64,000 bases of DNA from Octopus vulgaris (Eukaryota): assembly GCA_951406725.2 (NCBI GenBank), contig OX597815.1:152458001-152522000 (forward strand), in the 5' to 3' direction. This document shows, in pieces, positions 52,800 through 64,000 of this stretch. The notes under the pieces were generated by a model that saw nothing but the letters and a program-made list of their open reading frames with translations, made no database searches and had not been told where the DNA came from. The translations under genes and the position numbers were made by a program. Each line of letters starts with the position of its first letter. Within the stretch, counting starts at the first letter, position 1.

Positions 52800-54090
52800 T
52801 GTCCATTCATGCGAATTACCGAACGGATGCCTCTGTACAAGGCATCTATCCAGCTGCGGAAGACGGGACCAAAACCAACCACTATGAGGACAGCCTCCAA
52901 GTATCGATGGTCTACCCAATCAAAAGCTTTGGATTGATCCAAATTGATCAGGGCCCCACTCATTCCAGGTTCCTTAACTACCCTGTCTATGATGTAGCGC
53001 ATCAGATGGAGGTTGTTATGGATGCTCCGGCCTGGCATGGCGCATGTTTTACACCTTGTCAACCAGTTTCTCAATGACAAGCACCAACCTCTTGGCTAAC
53101 ACCATGGCCAAAATTTTCAAGTCTGCATTGAGAATAGTGATGGGCCGTAAGTTATATATTACGTTCCCCTTGTTTAGATCTTTCTTATGCAGTGTTATGG
53201 CTCCTCAGCCAGTTGCAGTACACTGCTGCCAAGACATCTCCGAACAAGTCTGGCATACAACTGTTAAGCTCATAGGGTAGACCATCTAAACCCGGTGATT
53301 TGTCCCTCGAGCATTCCGCCATTATGTCCCGCACTTGCGCCACCATGATGGCACCTTCGCAGCACTCTGCCTCTCTTGTCGAAAGTCGTGACAGGCTGTG
53401 CTGGTAGGCACTGAAATCCACCCTGCGTTCTCGCTCACTACTCGTCCTGAACAGTCGGGCAAAATGTTGTTGAAAAGCCACACACATTTTACTTGGTTTG
53501 AGTAATTCGTGCCCTTATTCATCTACCAGAGACCGAATGTTGGCTTTGTTGCCCTTTTGTGCCTCTGCCACCTGGGCCTCTTATGCGACTCCAACACATT
53601 CGTTCCTTAAAGCACGCATCCTAGCTCTGACAACACACCATTCGTGTTTAGCATTGAAGTGTTGGTCGAGGGTCAACCTCGCCGTCAAAATGTCGAATGC
53701 GAAGCCACTTCTAATCGCTTCTTCTAGCTTCTAAACTAGGTCACCCTCTACACTGTTTCTATCTATTGCTAGTGCTTTACTATAATTAATCGCTTCCGCT
53801 TTTACTGCTCTCAAGGGTAAACCACCATTTGTTGTTGATGATGGCTCCCGTCGAAGCCCTCTTTACTAGTGTGCTAATCCGGTCTCTGAAAACCTGTCTC
53901 AACGGGAAACATGCGTTCAGTTTCCAGTTACCGGGACCCTGCCTATCTGTCTTATCTAAGTCTAGCGTACACGTCACAAATTTGTGATCCGTGTAGCTGA
54001 CTATGTAGAATTGTGGACACCCTACGCTATCTCTATCTACTGTCCTACACAGTATCCTATCTAGATACTATCTCGACGACCCGATGCAGT
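52800..54090 (-). mobile_element. Degraded L1/Tx1-like LINE fragment
   Basis: GPGNWKLN, KSPGLDGLPYE and LDQSKAFDWVDH.YL..VL...GFG motifs. Confidence 0.8.
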
Positions 54091-54477
54091 TGCTCCATCT
54101 GTTTCCAAGGTAGCATTCCAATCCCCCACTCGAGGAGATCACTATAAAGTTTCTTGGAAGAGTACTCCTGGCATCTTCCAACCGCATTGGGGTAATTGGA
54201 TTTTAGTGTGATGCAGGGTTGGTGTGATGTGCAATATTTTAATGTGTTCTGGTGGTGTTGTGTATAGGTGGTTGCTTGTTTTTATGTCTCCATGTGTCAG
54301 GTTTTTTTTTTGTGGTTTTGGCCAACTTATGTGGAGCCCATTTGAATAGCGTTTGTCTAGCAGATAGATAGATTAATATGAATATATATATATATATATG
54401 TATATGTATAAAGATATATATATATATATATATATACGTATATACGTGTGTTTGTATGTATATACATATATGTATGT

Positions 54478-55067
54478 ATATGGGACAGGAAGTAAATATG
54501 TGCCGAGATATCAAAAAGGAGATCTCACGGAGAGTAAGGGCCGGATGGAAGGCATTTAATGGCATAAGGGATATCCTCAAGGGAAGGTTGGACAGGACCA
54601 CCCGTGCCAACCTCATTAACAGTGCAGTTCTGCCTGCAATGTTATATGGTAGTGAAACATGGGCTACCACAAAGAGAGAAGAGCAAAGACTGGTAACGGC
54701 TCAAAGTGCCATGGAAAGGTCAATGCTTGGTATCTCGTTGAGAGAGCACATCAGTAGCGAGATCATCAGAAAGAAGTCCAGTGTGAGAGACGTCATCGCA
54801 GAGTATACACGCAGCAAGTATAGATGGGCTGGACACGTCGCCCGGCTCACCAATAATCGGTGGACCCACGCAGTTGTCGAGTGGTACCCGCGCGAGCGGA
54901 AAAGACCACCCAGAAGACCTCCACGACGGTGGAGTTATGATTTCAGGAGGATGATTTGGATCACGTGGATGATAAAGGCGCGATCCAGAGAGGAGTGGAC
55001 AGCGTGCTGTGACCAGCAGTGTCAAATGGACGCCTGACGGACTGGTCAGTCAAGGTGATCAAGGTGA
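54478..55067 (+). mobile_element. 5'-truncated RTE LINE
   Basis: EISRRVRAGW..F, VLPAMLYGSETW, KYRWAGHVAR and RRPPRRW motifs; TCAAGGTGA tandem tail. Confidence 0.85.
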
Positions 55068-55699
55068 TATACATATATACATATAAAAGACAAAATAAAG
55101 TGAAAAACTTCAGAAGACTTGTTTATATGGTTAAAGAATATATTTAAATCGTCTTGTTTTTAAAAATGCTATAAATTTTTGTGTATAGTAACATTGTTTT
55201 TGGAGAAATAACCGGTTTCGTATTTGCTTCTCAAATTTCTCGAATTTTTTTACCGATACTGTGTCATCTCTTCGCTATGATTTGAAGTATGAGAGTTTCA
55301 GACAGGGGAAGGTAATCAGGGATTTTTTCGGTATAAGAGAGATAATTATAAATATTGGGAATGACTAGGTTTTATTAATTTAAAATGATTTGGGTTAGAA
55401 AGAATAGAATGTTAGAAGTGGTTAGGTTTTGATTTATATATATATATATTTTCCAATGATGTAAGTTTCCTCATTTAAAAATGCTAGAAAAAGTTAACTT
55501 TGGGCTTATATTATAAGTAGGTTTCCTTATTTAATCTAACTTGTGTTGGTGTACCAATAGCACATTGATAAAATGGAAAGATTAGAAATTGTGGCAGTAG
55601 TTATTTTGCTCATTTCTCAATGTGTTTACTAAAGGGTATCATTCTGTATGTTGGGAATGCAATCTGCTGTAAATGCAGAGTGCATCTGCATCTGAGTGA

Positions 55700-56100
55700 T
55701 AATCCCGTGGACCCTATGTAGTTTTGGTGGCAGCCCGAGCATCCAGGGGACCTATAATTACGATCCATTATAGCTGAAATTCAGTTCTGGCTGAATCAAT
55801 ATCCAGAAGAAATACCGTAAAGAATCAGCAAAGAATTCATAATTGAATCGGTTGAATTCATCCTATGAAACAACCACTTTATGTTTGACAACATGTTTTA
55901 TCAACAAAAATCCGGGACTGCCATGGGTACTAGGGCAGTCCCAGTCATTGCGAACCTAACAATGAGCTATCTGTAAATAATAATATACCAGGAATCTTTA
56001 TCTACATTTGGAAACCCTCTTTCCCAATACATAAAAGAAAATTGGAAAAGATTTCTAGATGACTGTTTCAACCTCTGGAATGAAAACACAAATTCCTGAA
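55700..56100 (+). mobile_element. Penelope-like RT fragment
   Basis: FYQQKSGTAMGT...P..ANL.M and WKRFLDDCF, with stops. Confidence 0.7.
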
Positions 56101-58460
56101 ATTCAAAAGACTTGAATATTTTTGTTTAAATTTGTAAAGTATTTCAGAAACTTTGTGATAAGGTTCCTGCCTAGGAACATAGCCATGACATCCCCAAAAA
56201 TATCAACATCTTTATTTTGGTATTTAGGAAGAAATAAGAGGGAAATCATGCCAGGGTCAATACTGCAGTCCTTAACAAAAAAGGTTAAAAGGAACCCTCA
56301 AAACCTCAGTCTACCAACCAATAACCTAAGTTACAGTTGTCCCATTGTGTCAAGGTTACACAAAATATCAGCAAAGGAGTCACATCACCATCATTATCAT
56401 CATTTAACATCTGTCTCCCATGCTGGCATGGGTTGGACAGTTTGAGAGGAGCAGGTAAGCCAGTGGACTGTGTCAAGTTTGAGTCTGTTTTGGAATGGTC
56501 TCTACATCTGGATGCCCATCCTAATGCCAAACACATTACAGGGTGTACTGGATGCTTTTCATGGAGCACCAACATTGGAGACGTCTGTTTTGGCATAGAC
56601 ATGGACAAAAGATGGTGCTACAGGACCAAAGTAGATTAAATCATTGTATAAGAAGAAATAAGACGTTTTCAAATATTTTAAATATTTATTTATTTAAAAA
56701 AAAACAGCCATATATAAGTACATGTTTGGTAAAGTTTTAGTAATATCAGGATCAGTTTTTGTTAATTACATTATAATTCGGTCTTGTTTCTTGACATTTC
56801 ATGACCCACTTTTCCTACAAATCTCATCCACTTATAAAACAGGACCCACACTTATGTATACATTCTTTTATTTATTTCAGTCATTTGACTGTGGCCATGC
56901 TGGAGCACCACCCTTACTCGAGAAAATCGACCCTAGGACTTATTCTTTGTAAGCCTAGAACTTATTCTATCGGTCTCTTTTGCCAAACCGCTAAGTTACG
57001 AGGATGTGAACATATCAGCATCGGTTGTCAGGTGATGTTAGGGACAAACACACACACATATATATATATACGATGGGCTTCTTTTAATTTCTGTCTACTA
57101 AATCCACTCACAAGGCTTTGGTCGAAAACAGTTGACCAAGGAGCCACGCAGTGGGACTGAACCCAGAACCATGTAGTTGGTAAGCAAGCTACTTACCACA
57201 CAGCTACTCCTGCACCTATATGTACACACACACACACACACTTACATACATATGTGTGTGTGCAATCATTAATCCAGACACATTTTTCTTCTCTCTCTCC
57301 GTTTTTTTCTTCATTCCTTTCTGTAGGAAAGCATAGGCTTGAAGTGTCAAAGACTCTTCCATTTTTTCCTGAGCATCAAACTGACACTCCTTGTTTGTTC
57401 TTTTCTTGGCTGTCTTTGTACAATTTTCAACTATACATTTACACACACTAATACTTTTCCCTCAACGAGATATTCCTCTTAGCATGATAAGGCCTCTTGT
57501 GGACAGTTTTTTTTTTATCAATGCCTACTGGTTACTCTGAGTATTGGTCTACATGTGTACCTCATATGCATAACATGCTGCATGTGTGTGCATGTATTTA
57601 TATGTGTTTGTGTGCATGTATATTAGTAAAATTAAAATATTAGTGTATATTAGTAAAATTACAGTAAAGTGAAAAAAAGGTATAGCGAAGCTGACATGAA
57701 GAGTGGAAGATCCAACATTTCAAATAGACTCCTCCAGAGAAAAGTTGCCAAGAAAAAATTAATAAGGGACAACAGCTTTACATCCTCTGCCATGTCTTTT
57801 GAATATCTCTCTGGTCAATTTCTCCATGAAAAAGGATTTCTTTCATTAAGTCTGTGTTAATCTTTTGTTTTACTGAGATAATTTTTGATAAAAAAGGATA
57901 TTTGTTTCAAATGGTTTCTGATGTTGTTTTGGTGCAGTGGTTACTACAGCTGGAAGGGTTTACAAGAGATGCAACATTTGATTTCTGCAGGTACTCTTAC
58001 GACTTATTTTTTATCTGATATGTGTGTGTGAAAATAAAGAAATATGTATGTATAGGTAAAAGTAGAAAATAAACCAGAAGTGAAAGCAACACAAAAAAGA
58101 AGAAAATGACAGGATAAGCTATCATCATCTTAGGAAAATCGAGACATTTTATAAAGGTATATAAATATACTCCCATCACTTCTGGCTTATTCTTCTATCA
58201 TTGTTATGATATTTCACTGTGTACTTTCAAGAACTTTTAAATTATGTACATGTGTATATATATGTATACATACACACACACATACATATATATACACATA
58301 TATAAACAGAGTTAGTGGTTATAGTAACCTACTAAGGGATAAAATATCCGTATATACTATCAGTATCTGTATTATCCCCAGGCGATGGTGTGAAGGCACA
58401 GCATACACATAGAGTATAGATAACAACAGGATAAACAAGAGTTTATCAAGAACCAAGGCA

Positions 58461-58729
58461 AGTAATTAGAAAATGGAGAAAACCATAAATTAACCAACAT
58501 ATCAATTGGACCACATTTATAACTTATTTATTAATACAAAGCATGACAAAACAAATCTTACAGCTGTTTCTAATCAGATTACCAGAATGCAGTCTATACA
58601 TAAATGTGAGAATTCTTCATCTTCATAGGGTATTCGAATTAATTCATGCTGTGTATTAATAAGTAAGCTATAAATGTGGTCCAATCAATGTGCTGGTTAA
58701 TCTATGGTTTTCTCCATTTTCTAATTACT
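58461..58729. repeat. Fold-back inverted repeat
   Basis: Arms of about 85 bp at 58461-58545 and 58644-58729. Confidence 0.8.
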
Positions 58730-59232
58730 CATACATACATACATACATACATACATACATACATACATACATACATACAAAACACACACACACACGATAT
58801 GCATATATGACTGTAAAAAAACATAGACTATTTATTAAGAAAATTAGTTATCAATATTTTCACTAACATATTTCCTATAGAATCATGAAACTAATTCCTT
58901 CCAAGTGTTTTCCTCAGGAGAATATTCTATCATAATATTTCTGTTGGAATATTGAAACCTTTACATCACACCTATTCATTAAATCAAAACAAATTTTAAA
59001 TTTAATTTTTAGAAAAAATTCAATTTTAATGTTAGAAAATCTAACACAAGTATAATCAGTCCATGCCATGACAACCGGCTTAATTTTCAAGATGAAATAT
59101 TAAAAGATCTTTCAACAACTCGTAAGATTGTAGCAATAAACATGACCAAATAATTAAGTTTCCTGTTCTATCTTTCCTGTGTATCAAGTAAGTCTTATCT
59201 CCAAACAAACAAGTTTTCCATCTGATGTTCTG

Positions 59233-59384
59233 CTAGACGTGTTCCAGTAAACTCAGATAGTCTGAAAGGATCTGTGATTCTTCTATAAGTAAGAAATCAA
59301 GGTAATCTTCGGAATCTCTGGGTAGAATTTTCCTGAAATTATCCAACACCTCCTTCTCTTTCATGTCTTGTTCTTGAGTATTTT
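59233..59384 (-). CDS. Candidate terminal exon of a second, minus-strand gene
   Basis: ctttctattttgacag acceptor; open phase-1 frame NTQEQDMKEKEVLDNFRKILPRDSEDYLDFLLIEESQILSDYLSLLEHV*. Confidence 0.45.
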
Positions 59385-60962
59385 CTGTCAAAATAGAAAG
59401 GATTATAAATGTAAAATGTCAGTTATCATTTTATCTTTTACTTGTTTCAGTCATTGGATTGCAGCCATGCTGGAGCACTACCTTGAAGGATTTAATCAAA
59501 TAAATTAACCCCAGGACATATTTTCTTTTTAATCTGATGCATATTCTATCAGTCGATTTTGGTGAACCATTAAGGGGATGTAAATAAAACTGGGACGGAC
59601 CCAAAGGGGGGCCTGAGGGACACATGTCCCTCTCAAGAAAAGAAGTGCACCCTTCTAAATAATATTATTACGCCCTTTTCTCCGGAAATTGTATTCCCTT
59701 CTGAGCTTATGCTCTCTTTTTGAAAAATTCCTGGGACTGTGCCTGTAAACCAACACGTGTTGTCAAGCAGCAGTGAGGACAAACACAAAGACACACACAT
59801 TAGCGTAGCGATCGGGAGTGGGGTGCAGACAGCCCACCCTGAGTGGCACTTTTAAAGAGCACCACTTTTGGGCTTGCTGTAGGTAATATGTGTTTCTTGT
59901 GGGGTCCAGGAGTAGCAAATAGAAGGGCTGCCCCGAGTGGCACACACTCTAGCTACACTATTGGACGCACATACACATATATATATGATGCGCTTCCACA
60001 GAGTTTCTATCTGCCATATTCAGTTACAAGGCATGGCTTGGCCCAGGGTTATAGCAGAAGACACTTGTGCAAGGTGCTACACAGTGGGGTTGAAGCAGAA
60101 ACCATATACTTCGGGAACCAACTTCTTAATCACTCAACCACACCCACACCCATAAAACTCAATTAACTTTCTGACGCCAGGAATCAAACCCAGGCCAACC
60201 AGGTGAAAACCAATAATCCCAACCATTACCCACATCGGAAGTTGGATATGGAAAAAAAAAATCGTTTTTAACACAAAAACAGGCATTTTGAGCAGACAGC
60301 ATTCATTGGATAACAACAGGATACCTGGTGATGGAGTGATTAAGAAAAAGCTGGGCCAGGTGGGGAAAAAAACAAAACATAACAACCAGCTATTCTGTAT
60401 GTATAGTCCAAGGTTAACTTTGATCAAAGGTATTCCAGTTATGGCCACTCCATCTATTTTTCGACATATTGTATCAAGGACTGTTGTTGTTTATTCCTTC
60501 TCAAGCTATGTCTGGCACATAAGGGCCAATTCCCCCAGTTTCATTAGCGTGTATGTTTCCCACCTGGACGGGATGCCAGTCTATTGCAGGTGAGCTGCTA
60601 GATACCGGAGGAAAGAGTGAGAGAAAGTTGTGAAAGAGTCAGCAGAAGCTCACCATTACCATCTGCTAAAGCCACGTGGAGCTTAGGTGTTTCACCCATA
60701 AACCCACTCATCACCTGGTCTGAGATTCGAACCTACATTCCCTCAACCATGAGCCTGCTGCTCTAACCACTAGGCCATGTGCCTCCACTTATGAAGGACT
60801 ACATTATCTAATATATTCCTTTGTTTTTTTTTTATTTTTAGATGGTAGACAATGATTTAAGGAAGATTTGACTACTACTGTTGGCAGGTCATGCAACTCA
60901 AGCTACCTTGGGGTGGTTTGACAACTGGCGTTGGGAGTTGGGTGAAAATATCAAACAATTAC

Positions 60963-61106
60963 TTTGGTGTGATTGAAGGGGTGAAGCTGGATTAAGGGGC
61001 GAAATTCCATCATATTTATTGAGAAGATTCAAGCTTTCTCTAAATCATTTTTGGGTGACTTTAATGCTTCTTTAGAGAATTTTGTTATGTATAGAAGATC
61101 AACAAT
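60963..61106 (-). pseudogene. Candidate exon with a UBA-like motif; needs one base restored
   Basis: tttccatttcttgtag acceptor; IVDLLYITKFSKEALKSPKNDLEKA/LNLLNKYDGISPLNPASPLQSHQ with a frameshift near 61031; donor position uncertain. Confidence 0.3.
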
Positions 61107-61915
61107 CTACAAGAAATGGAAAGAAATTATTATATTTTTAGACATTTATTATTATTATCATTATTAATTATTATCATTATTATTATCATTGAGTGAGAGA
61201 GAAGTACTTGCCATCAAAGTGACACCGGGGTAAAATATACGAAGCCCAGAATACCCATCATGACTACTCATCTGATAAGGGTACACCAGGCACAAGTATC
61301 AGAACCATGTGTGCGACATAGAGATCTGATATCAAGATAAACAGAGCATGGCTCTCCAGGTGGGGCCCAGTTAGAATTTTCATCAGGTTGAGTAGCCCAT
61401 CCCCGTCAAAAGGTCCCTGAATAAAGGTTGTTTAAAGATGATGAACAAAACACCCATGTTTCCAGAGGTGAATTATTTAAACTCCAAAGAATTCCTCTCA
61501 ACACATGGCTATGATGTTTCCCCACTACTTCTGCTCGAAATCAGAGATGCACATATCATCAGTCACTAAGGGAGATGCTCAACTGGTTAAGGTCAAACAA
61601 CTGACAAGTAAATCTGTGGTATTGAGCAGAATATTTGCTGTAGCCCATCTTTTATACAAAGACAAAACAATGTACATGATAACACTTCCAATCAGTTAGG
61701 ATCAGAAGCCATGAAAGCCACTGCTAGGTACTACATAAAGGTGTTTATTATTATTATTGGCACGATCATTAGCACACTGAGCAAAATCTGGTCAAGGTCG
61801 ACTTTGACTTTATCCTTTCAGGATCGAGAAAATATGTATCAGATGACCACTGAGGTCAATGCAATAATCTCATCCCTGCCCACAAAATTGCTGCCCTTGT
61901 GGCACAATTTGAAAC

Positions 61916-61946
<31 letters not shown>

Positions 61947-64000
61947 TGGACAATAATCTTTGTTTGCAAAGACCTGTTGAGACAAATGAAACCAAAATTG
62001 CTAACGTGGGTGATGACAGGACTGCCTGATTGGCAATCGTGCCAGTGGAACGTTAAAAGCACATCCGAGCATGCTCGTTGCCAGAGCTGCTGTTGGCTCC
62101 CATGCCGGTGGCATGTAAAAAGCACCATTCAAGCGTGATCATTGCCAGTGTCGTCTTACAGGCACATGAAAAACAACATTCGAGCATGGTCATTGCCAGT
62201 GCCGCCGGACTAGCTCTCAAGCAGGTAGCACGTAAAAAACACATTTTCTGCGTGGTCGTTGCCAGAATCCCCTGACTGGCCCTCGTACTGGTGGCACATA
62301 AAAGCACCCCTACACTCTGGGAACGGTTGGCATTAGGAAGGGCATCAAGCTGTAGAGACTTTACCAGATCTGATTGGAGCCCAGTGCAGTGTTCTGGCTC
62401 ACCAATCCTCAGTCAAACTCCCTTTTTTCTAACGATCCCTTTTGATCAAAATTCCACCCCCACTATATTTTTCTTCTCTTCTCCAAAAGAAAAGCTCTAC
62501 TTTGTATTTTGTCCCCTCTGTGTTCAGCCCTGTGTGGCCAATAAGGAAACATATCTACCTATCTAATTGCAGTGACACATAGCATTCGAAGCCCTGATTG
62601 GTAATGAAAAAATTAGGCCATGATATATTTGATGGTTTTATCTCCATCGTATTTCAAGTGCAGTCGTATGATCACTTGATTCAAACACTCTCCAAAGTAT
62701 GGAGACAATCGACAATTTTCGAAGTCCTTTCTTCACAATGAACATTGTTCTGCCTGTTGCTCTCGTACCGTCTGTTTTGCCAGGTCTTAGGACACTTCCA
62801 TCTGCCCATCTTGCATTTATTTGTTTCCTATGACATTCTTTGCAGAACCCTACACATTGCAGTTTACCTCCCTTTTCTCTTCTATTAGATGAAACATTCC
62901 GGTTGCTCTTGCCAAATACCTGCATTTGTAGGTATGTATGGCAAAGTTTATTATCCGGTTCATTGGCAGCTTATGGCCACTTGAGATTCTTAGCAGTATT
63001 TGGTCACTCAGATTCTGCTATCCCATCGTGGAGCGGTCAGATTGACTATTGCACATTTCCTCGCATTGTTAAAGCTTTCAAGTGAAGTGACCCCGATGGC
63101 TAAGCAGACATGCCATGATTGCTTCTTCAGTTTAGCTGGCTGTTAGCCCCTACGGAATAGACTCCATGCTCAGTGAACCAGTCATTCCATAGGCTCAATA
63201 GTCTGGCACCTTTGTAGTTTGGCTGGACATGTGTGGGCGAAACCCAACTCCAGTGCTTCATAGTGGTGTCACAATGACTCAGAATATATACACACACATA
63301 TCATATTTGTATGGGTGTGTATTCTTTTATTTGTGTCAGTCATTTGACTACAGCTACTCTTTCGCCTATTTTGCATGCATGAACAGCTTATCCTTGACCA
63401 TCTTGTTTATGGTAATTTGAACCAAAAACCCATACATTTCTTGCATATTTTAACAATACCTACGTCCTGTTTAAGACAGCTGGCAAGGTATATCAGTACA
63501 AGCTTTACTTTTAGCAGCTGAATGAGTCATCAAAATATCTGCTTGGTATATCAACATTGACTTCTGTAAGGTAAAATGATCATTTTCTTTCCTTAAATCT
63601 TGTTTTATTTTGTGATTTCAAATTAACATTGGAAAGATTGCTGCTTTTAATGTTATAGATGCATACATGCTTACATATATGCATACATGCATGCAGTCAA
63701 ACATACATACACATACACACACACTCAGACACACGCATATACATACTTGGTTTGGTTGTCCTTTGGTGCTTAAACCTAAACACCTCTGATGTATCTTGAC
63801 TGTTTTTAGACGCAAGTACCTAGCTCTAACTACACTTACCTTCGCCTCTCAGCTCATCAATATACCACAAATGGAAAACAAATCCTTACTTTCTCAGAAC
63901 CAAAGGAGGAGCTGCAGAGGGTACTAGAAATTAGTTAAATATAACCGTACATATCTGCCTTATCGGCCCTCCCATAAGGTTATTTATAGGGGTTTACACT

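Larger units (their letters stand above)
50450..52800. mobile_element. Degraded Penelope-like element in inverted arrangement
   Basis: Minus-strand RT (GLAIGS.LS..VANIYME, WLQYVDDTF); plus-strand GIY-YIG-region remnant from about 52190; inverted copies of the same terminal repeat at about 50450-50630 and 52660-52800. Confidence 0.75.

Noticed and set aside
62570-63230. ORFs 62638..62925 and 62840..63085 as host genes
   Set aside because: No splice support; GKTDGTRATGR resembles a decayed LINE C-terminus
63460-63925. Further minus-strand exons (acceptors near 63925 and 63565, donor gtaagt near 63839)
   Set aside because: Splice signals look plausible, but the longer candidate exons contain stops in every frame tried, so they cannot be supported without transcripts

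Overview
AT-rich, microsatellite- and retroelement-dense eukaryotic DNA. The SINE, RTE, Penelope and Dong-type repeat content is what I associate with octopus genomes; this taxon call is inference. The main signal is largely invisible in the ORF track. Bases 1-28.4 kb hold the 3' part of a + strand spliced gene ending in a Death domain. Its upstream region is a tandem array of duplicated intron-exon units, each carrying one small AG/GT-bounded cassette exon. There are two acidic Tyr-motif exons, three 66-nt exons (two with LPPRN), three identical poly-Asp/Glu exons, and three copies of the exon for the first Death-domain helices, all ahead of one shared terminal exon. The intact cassettes are symmetric phase 1-1. 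By manual count, paralogous exons differ by about 10-23%, almost all non-synonymously, while sampled flanking introns differ by about 1-3%. This suggests a rapidly diversifying, modular Death-domain signalling gene. The rest of the window is mostly transposons: an RTE LINE with a nested 5'-inverted RTE, a deleted Gypsy element with an inverted LTR piece, R4/Dong-like, Tx1-like and Penelope-like fragments, SINEs, fold-back elements and a 19-bp minisatellite. Tentative 3' exons of a second, minus-strand gene lie near 59-61 kb. All alignments and counts were done by eye.
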